Notes: generated by a model not told the origin, from the letters alone. Counted from the first letter of the stretch, positions 10,185 to 20,176 are shown. The stretch: 64,000 nucleotides of DNA from an uncultured Candidatus Saccharibacteria bacterium (GCA_964628585.1 CAZVMH010000002.1:97751-161750); one strand, 5' to 3'. Translations and numbers: made by a program.

Positions 10185-10260
10185 CCCACCCCCGAGACGA
10201 AGTCTTCCCTTTGGGAAAGGGGCCGCTTTGTGGCGGGGGATTATAAAATCGGGGGAGTGG
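10185..10260. repeat. GC-rich multibranched palindromic element downstream of the ATPase gene
   Basis: Outer stem CCACCCCCGA/TCGGGGGAGTGG encloses GAC-GAA-GTC, TTCCC-TTT-GGGAA and CCGC..GCGG hairpins. Confidence 0.5.
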
Positions 10261-10573
10261 CTTATTTTGCATTTTATATGGAATTTTATTTATTTCTAAT
10301 TTCTATCAAAACCAAATCAGGTCAATTCCAAAATATACCTAGTACAAATAAATCATATTTTAACTATGTTCTCTGGCGATAAAAATAAAAAAGTTTACCT
10401 ACTTGGTATTGACGGTATATTTCTAACTATACTAAAGGTAAATTGGCGAGATAAGATGATGCAAACCCCTCTTTCCAGAGAAGTGGCCGGAGAAGTGGTC
10501 GAGAGGGGTTGTAAAATCTAGTATTTTAATATATTTAAACAAGCAATAATAGCACTTTCTTAAACCATGAATA

Positions 10574-10601
10574 ATGTCGCATAACATACATTATGCGACA
10601 T
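10574..10601. other. dif: Putative dif site (Xer chromosome-dimer resolution) at the replication terminus
   Basis: Minus strand reads ATGTCGCATAA-TGTATG-TTATGCGACAT, 11-6-11 like E. coli GGTGCGCATAA-TGTATA-TTATGTTAAAT. Intergenic, at the gene-orientation switch. Confidence 0.8.
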
Positions 10602-10726
10602 ATTATCAATTAAGCTCAAATATGTATTATTCTTTCAAAACTCATACAAAGTATGACAAAAAAAAGCCTGTATTGAGCTCAAAAAGCCCTACAAGCCATT
10701 TTCTGACACTTTTATTTGTAATGTGG

Positions 10727-11098
10727 TTAGTTCTCTATTTCGTTGCTAATTTGATTGTTTTTACTGACTAGTTTGTCAACGGTCGCAGTTTTGATAACTC
10801 CAATATTTGAGAAAATGCGGATTGTAAATGCTATTAGTACTGCCAAATAAATGTCAAGGTTTAGTTCATCTCCTAGGAACGTCAACAGGACTGCTACAGT
10901 CATATTGAAGAGCAAACCAGAAAGAAATACAGTAGTATCAAATCTTTTTTCAATTTGAGCTCTAACAGCACCAAATAGTGAATCCAATATTCCAACAATT
11001 GCTACAGCGGTATAGCGAGCGTATTCTGGAGGAATATCAAACTTTAAAAAAGTGCCAACAACTAGACCAAATGTAAGCCCGATAATTACTAGATACAT
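10727..11098 (-). CDS. sbp: Small basic protein Sbp (DUF1290)
   Basis: PPEYARYTAVAIVGILDSLFGAVRA...FLSGLLFN...LGDELNLDIYLA motif. Confidence 0.8.
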   Translation of the reverse strand: MYLVIIGLTFGLVVGTFLKFDIPPEYARYTAVAIVGILDSLFGAVRAQIEKRFDTTVFLSGLLFNMTVAVLLTFLGDELNLDIYLAVLIAFTIRIFSNIGVIKTATVDKLVSKNNQISNEIEN

Positions 11099-11203
11099 AT
11101 TTTCCTTTTTATATTACTGAATATATATTTAGTCGTTACTTTAAAAATCTAGAAAAAATAAACTGAAAAATAAAACACTAATTTATAATCACCACTCCCC
11201 TAC

Positions 11204-12109
11204 TTAATCACTAACTGACTGCACCTTTTTCTTCTTATGCCAAACAACTACAAGCGCAGCAGCGATAAATATTGAGGAATATGTTCCAAAAAATATACCT
11301 ATAATCAGAGTTAATACAAAATGTTTAATCGCTAATCCGCCCATCAAAAACAAGGCTAGAAGAACAATAATAACCGTAAGAGATGTGTTTATAGATCGAG
11401 CCAAGGTTTGATTTACACTCTCTTCTGTTGAAATAGCAATATTCTCGTGAGGATTTTTAAAATAATTTTCTCTAAGCCGATCATACACCACAATTGTATC
11501 ATGGACAGAAAAACCCATTATAGTTAATAGCGCTGTTATAAAAAGCGCATCAACTTCCATCCATGTAACAAAGTGACCAATAAGGGCTACGAACCCAGTC
11601 GTAATTAAAAGATCATGAATAATTGCTATTACAGCACTTGCTCCGAATCTCCAAGAAGAAAGTGGTTTTGGCACTTTTCGAAACGCATAAGCAATATATA
11701 AAATAATTCCAAGTGAAGCTAGTACGACCGCCCAAATAGATTTATTAATTAAGTCTTTGCTAATTGTGGCACCTACTGAATCGTAACTTGTTTCGGAAAA
11801 ATCAGAAAGTTTTGTTTTTAAAGAAGTGTTTAAATCAATATGCTCCTGATTTGTAAGAATTGGAAGCTTTAGAATTACTAAATTGTTACTACCTTCTTTA
11901 ATTTGGTAGCTAGTAATTGATTTGTCCTTTAACACTTCTTCAGAAAGAGCAACACGATCAGAATTAGCGGATTGAAACTCTAGAACAGTTCCGCCTCTAT
12001 AGTCTATACCAAGTCTTAAGCCAAAAATTGCGATAAATGTAATTGACAAAATCATTAATAAACCAGAGATCACAAACCAATATTTACTTTTTTGGATTAT
12101 TCTATACAC
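11204..12109 (-). CDS. secF: Protein translocase subunit SecF
   Basis: LGIDYRGGT, IHDLLIT, GFSVHDTIVVYDRLRE, RSINTS, GTYSSIFIA. Confidence 0.97.
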   Translation of the reverse strand: MYRIIQKSKYWFVISGLLMILSITFIAIFGLRLGIDYRGGTVLEFQSANSDRVALSEEVLKDKSITSYQIKEGSNNLVILKLPILTNQEHIDLNTSLKTKLSDFSETSYDSVGATISKDLINKSIWAVVLASLGIILYIAYAFRKVPKPLSSWRFGASAVIAIIHDLLITTGFVALIGHFVTWMEVDALFITALLTIMGFSVHDTIVVYDRLRENYFKNPHENIAISTEESVNQTLARSINTSLTVIIVLLALFLMGGLAIKHFVLTLIIGIFFGTYSSIFIAAALVVVWHKKKKVQSVSD

Positions 12110-13397
12110 TTAATACCTCTTTTGATTTACTATTTGCAATTAGCAACAATATTGTTCTGGTGACAGTAATAGCGGTAAACAAGCTTACTATGATACCAAT
12201 ACCTAGAGTTAGAGCAAAACCACGAACAGGTCCAGAACCAGCGGTATAATAAAGAATAACGCAGGTTATCAGAGAAGAAAAATTGGAATCCTTTACTGAA
12301 GAAAATGCTCTTTTGAAACCATCTTGAATTGCTAAATTCATGGTTTTTCCCAATTTGAGTTCTTCTTTCATCCTCTCAAAAATTAGAATATTGGCGTCTA
12401 TTGCCATGCCTATTGAAAGAATAAAACCGGCAATTCCAGCTAATGTTAGAGTAACAGGAATTATTTTAAATAGTGCTAAAGTAATTAGAGCATAAATTAT
12501 TAAAGCGATAACTGCAATAAAACCAGAGAATTTATAATAAATGATAATGAAAGCAGCAACCAATATGAGCCCAATTAGCCCAGCAATAATACTATTTTTA
12601 AGCGAGTCTTGACCTAATGTCGCTCCAATATTTTGTTGACCAATTAGTTTTGCTGGTACTGGTAACATACCTTCACTCAATCTGTCAGCCAGTTTTTGTG
12701 CTTCCTGAATATTTTTTGAGCCAGTTATAACTGCTTCCCCGTTTGTAATCTCGGTCTGAACTGTTGGAGCAGAGACAATTTTATTATCCAAAACTATGGC
12801 AATTTGTTTTTGTAGATTGTTCTTTGTTAATTGGGCGAATTTCTGTTGCCCAGAATTATTGAATTTTAAAGATACGACCGGTTCAGTTTTAACAGAGTTT
12901 GTATCACCACCCTGAAAAGTAGTTTCGGCGCCTACTAATTCGCGACCGGTTAGGTCTGATTTTACCCAATAATTGGGATAAAGATAGCTTGATTCGTAAA
13001 AATCTTGAAGTTGGATTCCGTTTTCAGCTGTGCCTTCTGTCATAAAAATAAGCTCGTAAGTTGCGCCAATACGGTCTATTGCCTGTTCTACGTTTTTAAT
13101 GCCAGGAAGCTCTATCAATATTTTATCGCTTCCAGAAGTTTGCAAACTTGGTTCGGCTACGCCCAGACTATCAATCCTACTCCGAAATACATTTTTAAGA
13201 TTGTTTAAATCTTTCAACTTATCGGTTGAAGCAGAAAGGTCGGCCTGATAAACAAGCTCGGTTCCACCAACTAAGTCTAGACCAAGACTAGCTTTAATTT
13301 TGTCTTTCCACAAGAAACTTCTTGGTATGTCAATAACGATAGCAAAAAATAGTACTATAACGATAACCGAAAATGATATCCAGAGATTTTTTCTCAT
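12102..13397 (-). CDS. secD: Protein translocase subunit SecD
   Basis: LGLDLVGG, RIDSLGVAEP, GMAIDANILIFERMKEE, GPVRGFALTL. Confidence 0.97.
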   Translation of the reverse strand: MRKNLWISFSVIVIVLFFAIVIDIPRSFLWKDKIKASLGLDLVGGTELVYQADLSASTDKLKDLNNLKNVFRSRIDSLGVAEPSLQTSGSDKILIELPGIKNVEQAIDRIGATYELIFMTEGTAENGIQLQDFYESSYLYPNYWVKSDLTGRELVGAETTFQGGDTNSVKTEPVVSLKFNNSGQQKFAQLTKNNLQKQIAIVLDNKIVSAPTVQTEITNGEAVITGSKNIQEAQKLADRLSEGMLPVPAKLIGQQNIGATLGQDSLKNSIIAGLIGLILVAAFIIIYYKFSGFIAVIALIIYALITLALFKIIPVTLTLAGIAGFILSIGMAIDANILIFERMKEELKLGKTMNLAIQDGFKRAFSSVKDSNFSSLITCVILYYTAGSGPVRGFALTLGIGIIVSLFTAITVTRTILLLIANSKSKEVLSV

Positions 13398-13443
13398 TTT
13401 TTTCCTTTAAGTATATTTTAGAGCAAAATTATAACGAGGTCAA

Positions 13444-14067
13444 TTAAATTGGTTTGATAATTAGTTTTTTGTCTGCAATTAGCCTTGGAAATACGTCTGT
13501 TTCAAGCATAGAAAAACCCTTGCTGATATAGGAAAAAATTTCTGGCTCACAAATATATAATCCGTTTAAAGTCTCTAGATCATTAGTAACAACAGTAACA
13601 ACAGCATTGGAATTATTATGCTGTTCCAACATTTCTTCAATATCAAGTTTTTTGATGTCAATATTATTTATAACCATGAAAGTATCACTGTATTCGTTCT
13701 TTAGTGGCAAAAGAACACCAGCGGAACCCTCTTCGCTTTCAATATATTCTAAGTCAATCTTTCCAAACGAGCTGTCTCCTATTTTATCTTTGATTTCATT
13801 AGCCAGATAACCAACAGCTATATATGCACTCTCTAAACCAAGTAATTCTAATTTTTTCAAATTCTCTTTTACTTGAGGGATTGTTTTTAGGGCGTCTTCT
13901 CCTCCGACTAGAATAACAGCGTTTCCATTGGAATTTTGCTTTATTGCCTTCATCGCTAGGGTTTCAATTGCATGCGAACGATTTCTTACTTCAATTCCAT
14001 CAATAGTTCGATCGATTGCATTTAGTACGTTTTTTCTAATTGAAATAGTGATTCTTTCTCGTTCCAT
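13444..14067 (-). CDS. Ribbon-helix-helix domain fused to a degenerate sugar-phosphate nucleotidyltransferase domain
   Basis: MERERITISIRKNVLNAID...NRSHAIE (RHH), then AVILVGG, VGYLA..IK, GSAG.L, NGLYICEPEIF, SMLETDVFPRL. Lacks the GxGTRL..PK loop. Confidence 0.65.
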   Translation of the reverse strand: MERERITISIRKNVLNAIDRTIDGIEVRNRSHAIETLAMKAIKQNSNGNAVILVGGEDALKTIPQVKENLKKLELLGLESAYIAVGYLANEIKDKIGDSSFGKIDLEYIESEEGSAGVLLPLKNEYSDTFMVINNIDIKKLDIEEMLEQHNNSNAVVTVVTNDLETLNGLYICEPEIFSYISKGFSMLETDVFPRLIADKKLIIKPI

Positions 14068-14151
14068 GTTACCTTTCGTTAATACTAACTAAAAAGTATC
14101 ACAACAAAAGTTGATATGCAAATCTCGTATGAAAGAGTATGAATTTTAGTC

Positions 14152-15105
14152 CTATTTGATCTGTTTGAGTATTAATTTAAAATCTTCTGGCATCGGAGCT
14201 TCAAATGTTTTTGCCCTACTTTCTCCTGGTAGTGAAATTGTAAGTTCTTTAGCGTGCAGAAGCTGTCTTCTTATATCCAAACTGATTGATAATTTTTCTG
14301 ATAGTCGGTTGCCATAAAAATTGTCTCCCAAAATAGGGTGACCCAGACTACTTATTTGAACACGTATCTGATGAGTTCTTCCAGTCTTAATATCAAATTC
14401 CACTAATGACACTTTCTCTTTGTTAAAGGTATAATTTTGTATTACTCGGTAATTGGTAATTGCTTCTTTACCCTTATCTTCCGCGATTTCGGCAATTTTT
14501 TTTCGGTTTTTAGAGTGACGACCCAAAAAACTTCTCATAATCCCCTCTTCCTTTTTTGGCCAACCATAGCAAAGTCCTACATATATTTTCTTTACTGTTC
14601 TGTTCTGAATTTGCTTAGAGAGAGAGTGCATCGTTCTCTCGTTTTTCGCCACAATCATAATACCAGAGGTGTCTTTGTCTAGTCGATGAACCAGACCAGG
14701 TCTCATTCTTGATAAAGGATTATCTTTATCATAAACTGCTTCTGATATCTTTGGAAAATGATTAAGAAGTGCGTTGATAAGCGTATTATCAGCATGTCCA
14801 GCTGCTGGGTGAACAACTAACCCTGCTGGTTTATTTATTACGATAACATTCTCATCTTCAAAAATAATATCGAGTGAGATGTCTTCTCCTTGTGGATCTT
14901 TGAGTTGGGTCTTTACAAGAAAATCAATAGTAATTCTATCATTAAATTTTAATATCTGGTTAGCTTTTATCGTTTTGCCGTTGACCAATACCCTTTTGTC
15001 CAGAATTAATTTCTCAAAATAGGAACGGGAGGATTCAGAAAACTCTTGAGCTAAAAATTTATCAGCTCTCTCCCCTATTTCATTTTTATAAACAATATTT
15101 TTCAT
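14152..15105 (-). CDS. rluD: RluA/RluD-family 23S rRNA pseudouridine synthase with S4 domain
   Basis: INKPAGLVVHP, RPGLVHRLDKDTSG, TGRTHQIRV, LGDNFYG. Confidence 0.92.
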   Translation of the reverse strand: MKNIVYKNEIGERADKFLAQEFSESSRSYFEKLILDKRVLVNGKTIKANQILKFNDRITIDFLVKTQLKDPQGEDISLDIIFEDENVIVINKPAGLVVHPAAGHADNTLINALLNHFPKISEAVYDKDNPLSRMRPGLVHRLDKDTSGIMIVAKNERTMHSLSKQIQNRTVKKIYVGLCYGWPKKEEGIMRSFLGRHSKNRKKIAEIAEDKGKEAITNYRVIQNYTFNKEKVSLVEFDIKTGRTHQIRVQISSLGHPILGDNFYGNRLSEKLSISLDIRRQLLHAKELTISLPGESRAKTFEAPMPEDFKLILKQIK

Positions 15106-15941
15106 TTTATATATGCCGAAATATTCGTATCGTGATTTACTCGATATCTATTTAATAGCAAAAGATCGGAAAAGCTAGTTAATTTGCTGTTGGTCGTGAC
15201 AGCGTAAGTGTAGCCAATATTCTTTGCAATGGTCTCTACTTCGGAATTAGTTTTTCCTGACGGGTAGCATAGCGATATGACTTTTATCCCGAACATGGTT
15301 TCTAAATTTTCTTTGCTTTGCTTTAACTCTGTGTCTATTTTGTCACTCGATATTTTTGTAAGGTCAGGATGTGACAAAGTATGAGATCCGATTTCGATGT
15401 TGCTTTGGCGCAACTCATTAATTTGATCTCTGCTCATGTAATTCGATTTACCGATATCATTTACAATGATAAACGAAACTGCTTTCATTTTTCTTTTCTT
15501 GATTTCGGGGTAGGCACTGGTATAAAAATCGGCATATCCGTCATCAAACGTTAATATAACGGGTTTTGCGGGAATATTTCCAGCCTCAATATCCTTAAAA
15601 GTTATCGTGGTGTATCCTTTTTCAACTATCAAATCTAATTGTTTTGCAAAAGCTTCTGGGTTGACAGAAAGATTCGTTCCAATTTTATCATTTGGATCAT
15701 CTAGCGTGCGAATATAGTGATACATCAAAATTGGCATATCGGGAATTTCTTTTTTAGTATCAGAAGATTGATTAGCTATAATTTCTGGGGTGGATTCGAT
15801 CTGTTGGTCGTGTGGAATATTCTCTAATTGTGCAGGCGCCATATTACCAGAAACTTTCTTCTCACTTTTGATTGAATAAAAAAGTCCCAGCAATGCTATA
15901 AAAAAAGTTAGAATCAAGATGGATAATTTTTTATGTTTCAC
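15102..15941 (-). CDS. Membrane-anchored polysaccharide deacetylase (CE4/NodB)
   Basis: PILMYH, LTFDDGY, EIGSHTLSHPDL, CYPSG. Confidence 0.9.
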   Translation of the reverse strand: MKHKKLSILILTFFIALLGLFYSIKSEKKVSGNMAPAQLENIPHDQQIESTPEIIANQSSDTKKEIPDMPILMYHYIRTLDDPNDKIGTNLSVNPEAFAKQLDLIVEKGYTTITFKDIEAGNIPAKPVILTFDDGYADFYTSAYPEIKKRKMKAVSFIIVNDIGKSNYMSRDQINELRQSNIEIGSHTLSHPDLTKISSDKIDTELKQSKENLETMFGIKVISLCYPSGKTNSEVETIAKNIGYTYAVTTNSKLTSFSDLLLLNRYRVNHDTNISAYIK

Positions 15942-15943
15942 AA

Positions 15944-17071
15944 TTACTCAACTAGCTTAATATCTTCAGAGTCAGTTTCAATAATGTTTTGGCTTTTAAT
16001 TTTATCAATTACGCTTGTTAATTGACGATTTCGAGTATTGGCAACGGTATCGAACTGTCGGCTGGCAGAGGCAATTCTTTCACCTAAAGTATCGACTGCT
16101 CCAGAATACTTTTGGTATTCACTATCGAATTTTTGAATCAGGCCAATTATATGTTGCAAGTTTTCCTGATATCGAAAATTGGTATAAGCTTGTTTAACCA
16201 TTCTTAATATTGCAGTAAAAGAAAAGGGGCCAGCCAAAATTACTTTTTTCTTCATTGCCTCTTCCCAAATTTCATTCATCTTATCGTAAATAAAACTAAA
16301 GATCATCTCGTTTGGAATAAAGAGAATAACAAAATCCACAGTTTTTTCTTCAGGGTTAATATATTCCCTAGTACAGACCTGTTTAATCTTATTTTTTACG
16401 TCTTGTTTAAAGTCTCTCAAATATTTTTCTTTAGCTGTTCTATCTTTGGCCTCAACATATTTTACAAGTGAAGCATATGGAAATTTAACATCAATATTGA
16501 TTTTGGTTTGGTCTGGGAGAAAAATTGTAAAGTCAGGACGAGTACTTTCTGTTGTCTGAGACTCATTTTTAGAGTACCCCTGTCCTATTACAAAACCAGC
16601 CATCTGCAAAAGATCTTCAGCAATTTGTTCGCCAAAGGCACCGCGCATCTGGTTATTTGACAAAAGTTCTTTTAGCTTTTCAGTGCTTACTTTTAAATCA
16701 CCCGTGATTTCTTTGTAACTTTTTAGTTCGTTTTCTAATGCGGAGAAAGAACGCACTCTTTCGTCATCACTTTTGGCAATTCTTTCCTCGTTTTTACGAA
16801 TATCTTTGCGGATTTCTTCAACTAGGTTAGTAATGGCAGACTTCTTGCCCTCTAAGTCAACTTTAATTTCATTCTTCTGTGCCCCGAGAACTTCTTTAGC
16901 TAATTGCAAAAACTGTACATTGTTACTTTGCAGGGCTTCGCTTGATAATCGGGCAATTTTGTCCTCTAAGCCAAGATCTTCTTTCGAATTTTTTCGACCT
17001 GCCAATATCAAAAAAATTAGTACAATCAATGCTGCCAAAACAAGCGCTATTAGAATAAATAAAGTAATCAT
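15944..17071 (-). CDS. rmuC: DNA recombination protein RmuC
   Basis: N-terminal TM plus coiled coil; RGAFGE, RPDFTIFLP, IDVKFP, TVDFVILFIPNE. Confidence 0.9.
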   Translation of the reverse strand: MITLFILIALVLAALIVLIFLILAGRKNSKEDLGLEDKIARLSSEALQSNNVQFLQLAKEVLGAQKNEIKVDLEGKKSAITNLVEEIRKDIRKNEERIAKSDDERVRSFSALENELKSYKEITGDLKVSTEKLKELLSNNQMRGAFGEQIAEDLLQMAGFVIGQGYSKNESQTTESTRPDFTIFLPDQTKINIDVKFPYASLVKYVEAKDRTAKEKYLRDFKQDVKNKIKQVCTREYINPEEKTVDFVILFIPNEMIFSFIYDKMNEIWEEAMKKKVILAGPFSFTAILRMVKQAYTNFRYQENLQHIIGLIQKFDSEYQKYSGAVDTLGERIASASRQFDTVANTRNRQLTSVIDKIKSQNIIETDSEDIKLVE

Positions 17072-17079
17072 ATGGCTAC

Positions 17080-17112
17080 ATTATACCGAACACTAGTCGA
17101 ACATGCAAGAAC
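17080..17112 (-). promoter_or_regulatory. rmuC sigma70 promoter with a LexA-like direct repeat in the spacer
   Basis: TTGCAT-gttcgactagtgttcgg-TATAAT; the spacer is GTTC-N7-GTTC; ATG is 8 nt after the -10. Confidence 0.7.
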
Positions 17113-17122
17113 ATATTCTGGG

Positions 17123-20100
17123 TTATTCATTTAATCCATTGTGACAGATATTAAAGTATTGGCACTTGCCATCTTTTTGTTTGCAAGCCTGTTCCTCTAA
17201 ATGGAATTCTAGATTTACAATTTTGTCATATGTTTCTTCAACAATTTTTTTAAATTCAGCGTATTGAGCTGGATCAACTGGAACGCTGACTCGTTTAAAT
17301 TTATCTCTTTCTGGAGCAATGAAATCAAACTCAATTTCCCCTATCTTCCACTTAAACAAAGGATCGGTTTCAGAGAGTAAATTATAAAAATATGCCTGAT
17401 ACAAAAGTCGAGTATCTTTTTCTTTGGTCTGGCCCATTAAAAAATTCAAGGATTTTGGTGATGATGTTTTATAGTCAACAATTCTAACTTTGTTAGCCGT
17501 AGCGTCTACCATATCTATTCGATCAATCTTACCGGTAATCGGAATGTCATTAAAATGAACCTCGTGACGAGAGAAATCAAATTCACAGGAAAGTGGCACC
17601 CCCCTTTTTTGCCAGTCTGTGGCATAAAAATCGTAATATTTTGCGAGAATCTCTTTTCCTTTCAGTTGAGCTCGTTTTCTGTCTTCGCTTGTAAAGATTT
17701 CTTCTTTTAATGCATCCTCAAAATCGGCAATAAACTCTTCACGTGTTGGCATCTTAAAGTCACGTTTGAATTTCTTAAATAGAAGCTCAAGGGCTTTGTG
17801 AACAGCCGTACCATAGCTTTGGGTAAAATCTTTGGTCTTAGGAACACGAAGGATATTATCGTAAAAAAATCTTTGTGGACATTCTAAATATGAATTAAGA
17901 GATGTCGGACTTAACTTAAAATCTTTGATCAAGTTTTGAAGAAAATCGGACAAAGCTTGCGAAGGTTGCCATTTTTTCTGTGCAAAAGTTAGCCTTAGGC
18001 GCTCATCAAAAGTATTTTCATACTTTTTCGTATCTGTTTTAGTAATTAACTCTGATGGGGTTTCAGCTATGAATTTAGACGGTACGGCCAGTGTCGGATT
18101 ACTTTCATCTCCATAAGAATCAGCAAGGGTTAGGAAAATATGTTTTTTAGCTCTTGTCATTGCCACATAAAATAATCTTCTCTCTTCCTCATCATTCTCC
18201 TCGGCCGATGACTTGGTTTGGATGATGCCTTGTGGTAATTTAATTAATTCTTTTTTAACTTTATTGCCCCAATGTCTATCTGTAGCATGGATAATAAATA
18301 CATATTCAAATTCAAGTCCCTTGGCTTTGTGGGCGGTCATCAAGTGGACTCCCTCATAGTTGGCAGATAATTCTCGTTGTTTAATAGAAAGTTCATTTTC
18401 ATTTAGCTGGTCAATATAGCTGAGAAAATCCTTGAGTTTAAAGTGTTTATCTCTGGTATTAAGTTTTTTAATTTCGTCGAATAAAGTTTGTAAACGATTT
18501 AAATGATGAACAGATTCGGAAAGTTTAAGAAGATAATTTAAGTAGCCAGTCCTGTTGATAATAAACTCAAAGGCATGAGCGAAGGTTGTGTTTTCTACCA
18601 TGTTTCGACAATCCAAAAGAGAAATTACAAATTCATCTACCGCTTTTGGCTCGTCAAGTTCGAGCGTATCCAATAGTTTTTTTGAGGTAATAACATCAAA
18701 GATGTTTTTTCTCTCACGATTCGCACAAACGGTAATTTTGTAAATATCTAAAACCGAGATTCCAAAAAAAGGAAAGTGCATTACTTCAAGAAGAGTCTGG
18801 CTATCAATTTTATTAATGCCAAAAGAAAGAACCTTGAGGTATGAAATTATCTTATCTATTTCTGGATCATCCAGAATGTTACCACCAATTTCTAGGATAT
18901 AGGGAATATTCAACTTCGATAAAAAATCGATCAATTCGGTTGCATCACGATGCTCTTTGTAGAGGATTGCGATCTCATTTGGAGAAACTTTGTTTTTAAT
19001 TAATTCTTCGATCTTTTTGGCTACGAAAAAAGATTCAATAGAGCCCTCGGAAAATTGAGCCAGTTCAATATCGCCAGTTTTTCCTGCAAGCTGGCTTTTT
19101 AATTTTTTTTCAATGTTTAGGTGATTGAAAATTTGATTTTGATTGTTCTGTATAAGTGCTCGCGAAGCGTCTAGAATTTTTTGTATAGAGCGATAGTTAT
19201 TTTCCAATACAATAATTTGAGTAGCTGGGTAAGTTTTTTTGAATGCTAAAATGTTTTCAAGTGATGCACCCTGAAAGCGAAAAATCGATTGCTCATCATC
19301 CCCTACTACAAAAACATTTGGTTCATCATAAAAACTAGCAAGCTGCGAAATCAATTCATTTTGGGCCGAGTTTGTGTCCTGATACTCGTCGACTAAAATA
19401 TATTGATACTTTTCCTGATAGGTTGAAAGTATTTCCTGATCGGTTCGAAAGGCGTTTAGGACAAACAAAATCATATCGGAATAGTCGTATTTGCCCTCTC
19501 CAATTAGTGTTTCAATATATTTTTCATATATTTCTGCTAGCTCCTGATTTTTAAGAAGATTGTTTTTCTGTTGCTCATATTTCGCTTTCATTTTTCCTTT
19601 ATAAGCACCTTTTTTATGATATAAATCTTCAATATCGTCAAAACTCTTAAGCTCCTCGGCGATAATTTTTTTAAATTTATCGGGAGTAATATTTTCTTGC
19701 TTTAGGTTGCCAATAGCGCTCATTATTGCTTTTTGATAATGGAATGGTGCCTTAAATGGTTTTATCTGAGTAAAATTATTGTTCTTTAAAATTTTTTGAA
19801 TAATTAAAATCTGATCTAGATCAGAGATCTGATTGATTTTCTTTGAAGTCAAAAACTTTTCTGGAAAAAGAGAAATTATCTCATTACAGAATGAGTGAAA
19901 GGTATGAATATTAACTTGATATGAGACAGGCCCAATGATCGAGAGTAGACGTTGCTTCATTGCCTGGACACCAGAATTAGTGAATGTCAGACACAATATA
20001 TTGCTAGGATTGATCTGTGTTTTGCGCAAAATTTGAGCAATTCGCATTGCTAGAATTTGAGTTTTTCCTGTCCCTGGTCCGGCCACTACCATAACGGGAC

Positions 20101-20176
20101 CCTCAATCGTATCAACGGCCAATTTTTGTTTGGAGTTTAAGCGCGCGTATTCAATATCGAAAGCTTGATTGCTCAT
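17123..20176 (-). CDS. UvrD/Rep SF1 helicase fused to a C-terminal PD-(D/E)XK (RecB/AddB-like, Fe-S) nuclease
   Basis: AGPGTGKT, LVDEYQDTN, VGDDEQSIFRFQGA, NYRS, TAHKAKGLEF, EERRLFYVAMTRA; then SPTSLNSYLECP, GKIDRID, DYKT and a C-terminal Cys cluster. Confidence 0.92.
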   Translation of the reverse strand: MSNQAFDIEYARLNSKQKLAVDTIEGPVMVVAGPGTGKTQILAMRIAQILRKTQINPSNILCLTFTNSGVQAMKQRLLSIIGPVSYQVNIHTFHSFCNEIISLFPEKFLTSKKINQISDLDQILIIQKILKNNNFTQIKPFKAPFHYQKAIMSAIGNLKQENITPDKFKKIIAEELKSFDDIEDLYHKKGAYKGKMKAKYEQQKNNLLKNQELAEIYEKYIETLIGEGKYDYSDMILFVLNAFRTDQEILSTYQEKYQYILVDEYQDTNSAQNELISQLASFYDEPNVFVVGDDEQSIFRFQGASLENILAFKKTYPATQIIVLENNYRSIQKILDASRALIQNNQNQIFNHLNIEKKLKSQLAGKTGDIELAQFSEGSIESFFVAKKIEELIKNKVSPNEIAILYKEHRDATELIDFLSKLNIPYILEIGGNILDDPEIDKIISYLKVLSFGINKIDSQTLLEVMHFPFFGISVLDIYKITVCANRERKNIFDVITSKKLLDTLELDEPKAVDEFVISLLDCRNMVENTTFAHAFEFIINRTGYLNYLLKLSESVHHLNRLQTLFDEIKKLNTRDKHFKLKDFLSYIDQLNENELSIKQRELSANYEGVHLMTAHKAKGLEFEYVFIIHATDRHWGNKVKKELIKLPQGIIQTKSSAEENDEEERRLFYVAMTRAKKHIFLTLADSYGDESNPTLAVPSKFIAETPSELITKTDTKKYENTFDERLRLTFAQKKWQPSQALSDFLQNLIKDFKLSPTSLNSYLECPQRFFYDNILRVPKTKDFTQSYGTAVHKALELLFKKFKRDFKMPTREEFIADFEDALKEEIFTSEDRKRAQLKGKEILAKYYDFYATDWQKRGVPLSCEFDFSRHEVHFNDIPITGKIDRIDMVDATANKVRIVDYKTSSPKSLNFLMGQTKEKDTRLLYQAYFYNLLSETDPLFKWKIGEIEFDFIAPERDKFKRVSVPVDPAQYAEFKKIVEETYDKIVNLEFHLEEQACKQKDGKCQYFNICHNGLNE

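Noticed and set aside
10185-10260. Possible tRNA gene
   Set aside because: No GTTCRA T-loop, no 7-nt anticodon loop, no CCA; kept only as a structured element.
10477-10498. MraZ-type GTGG repeat operator
   Set aside because: Only two copies at 12-bp rather than ~10-bp period, and no mraZ/dcw gene downstream.
10574-10771. 65-aa + ORF starting MSHNIH
   Set aside because: Its ATG is part of the dif-like palindrome; no SD, and it overlaps the end of sbp.
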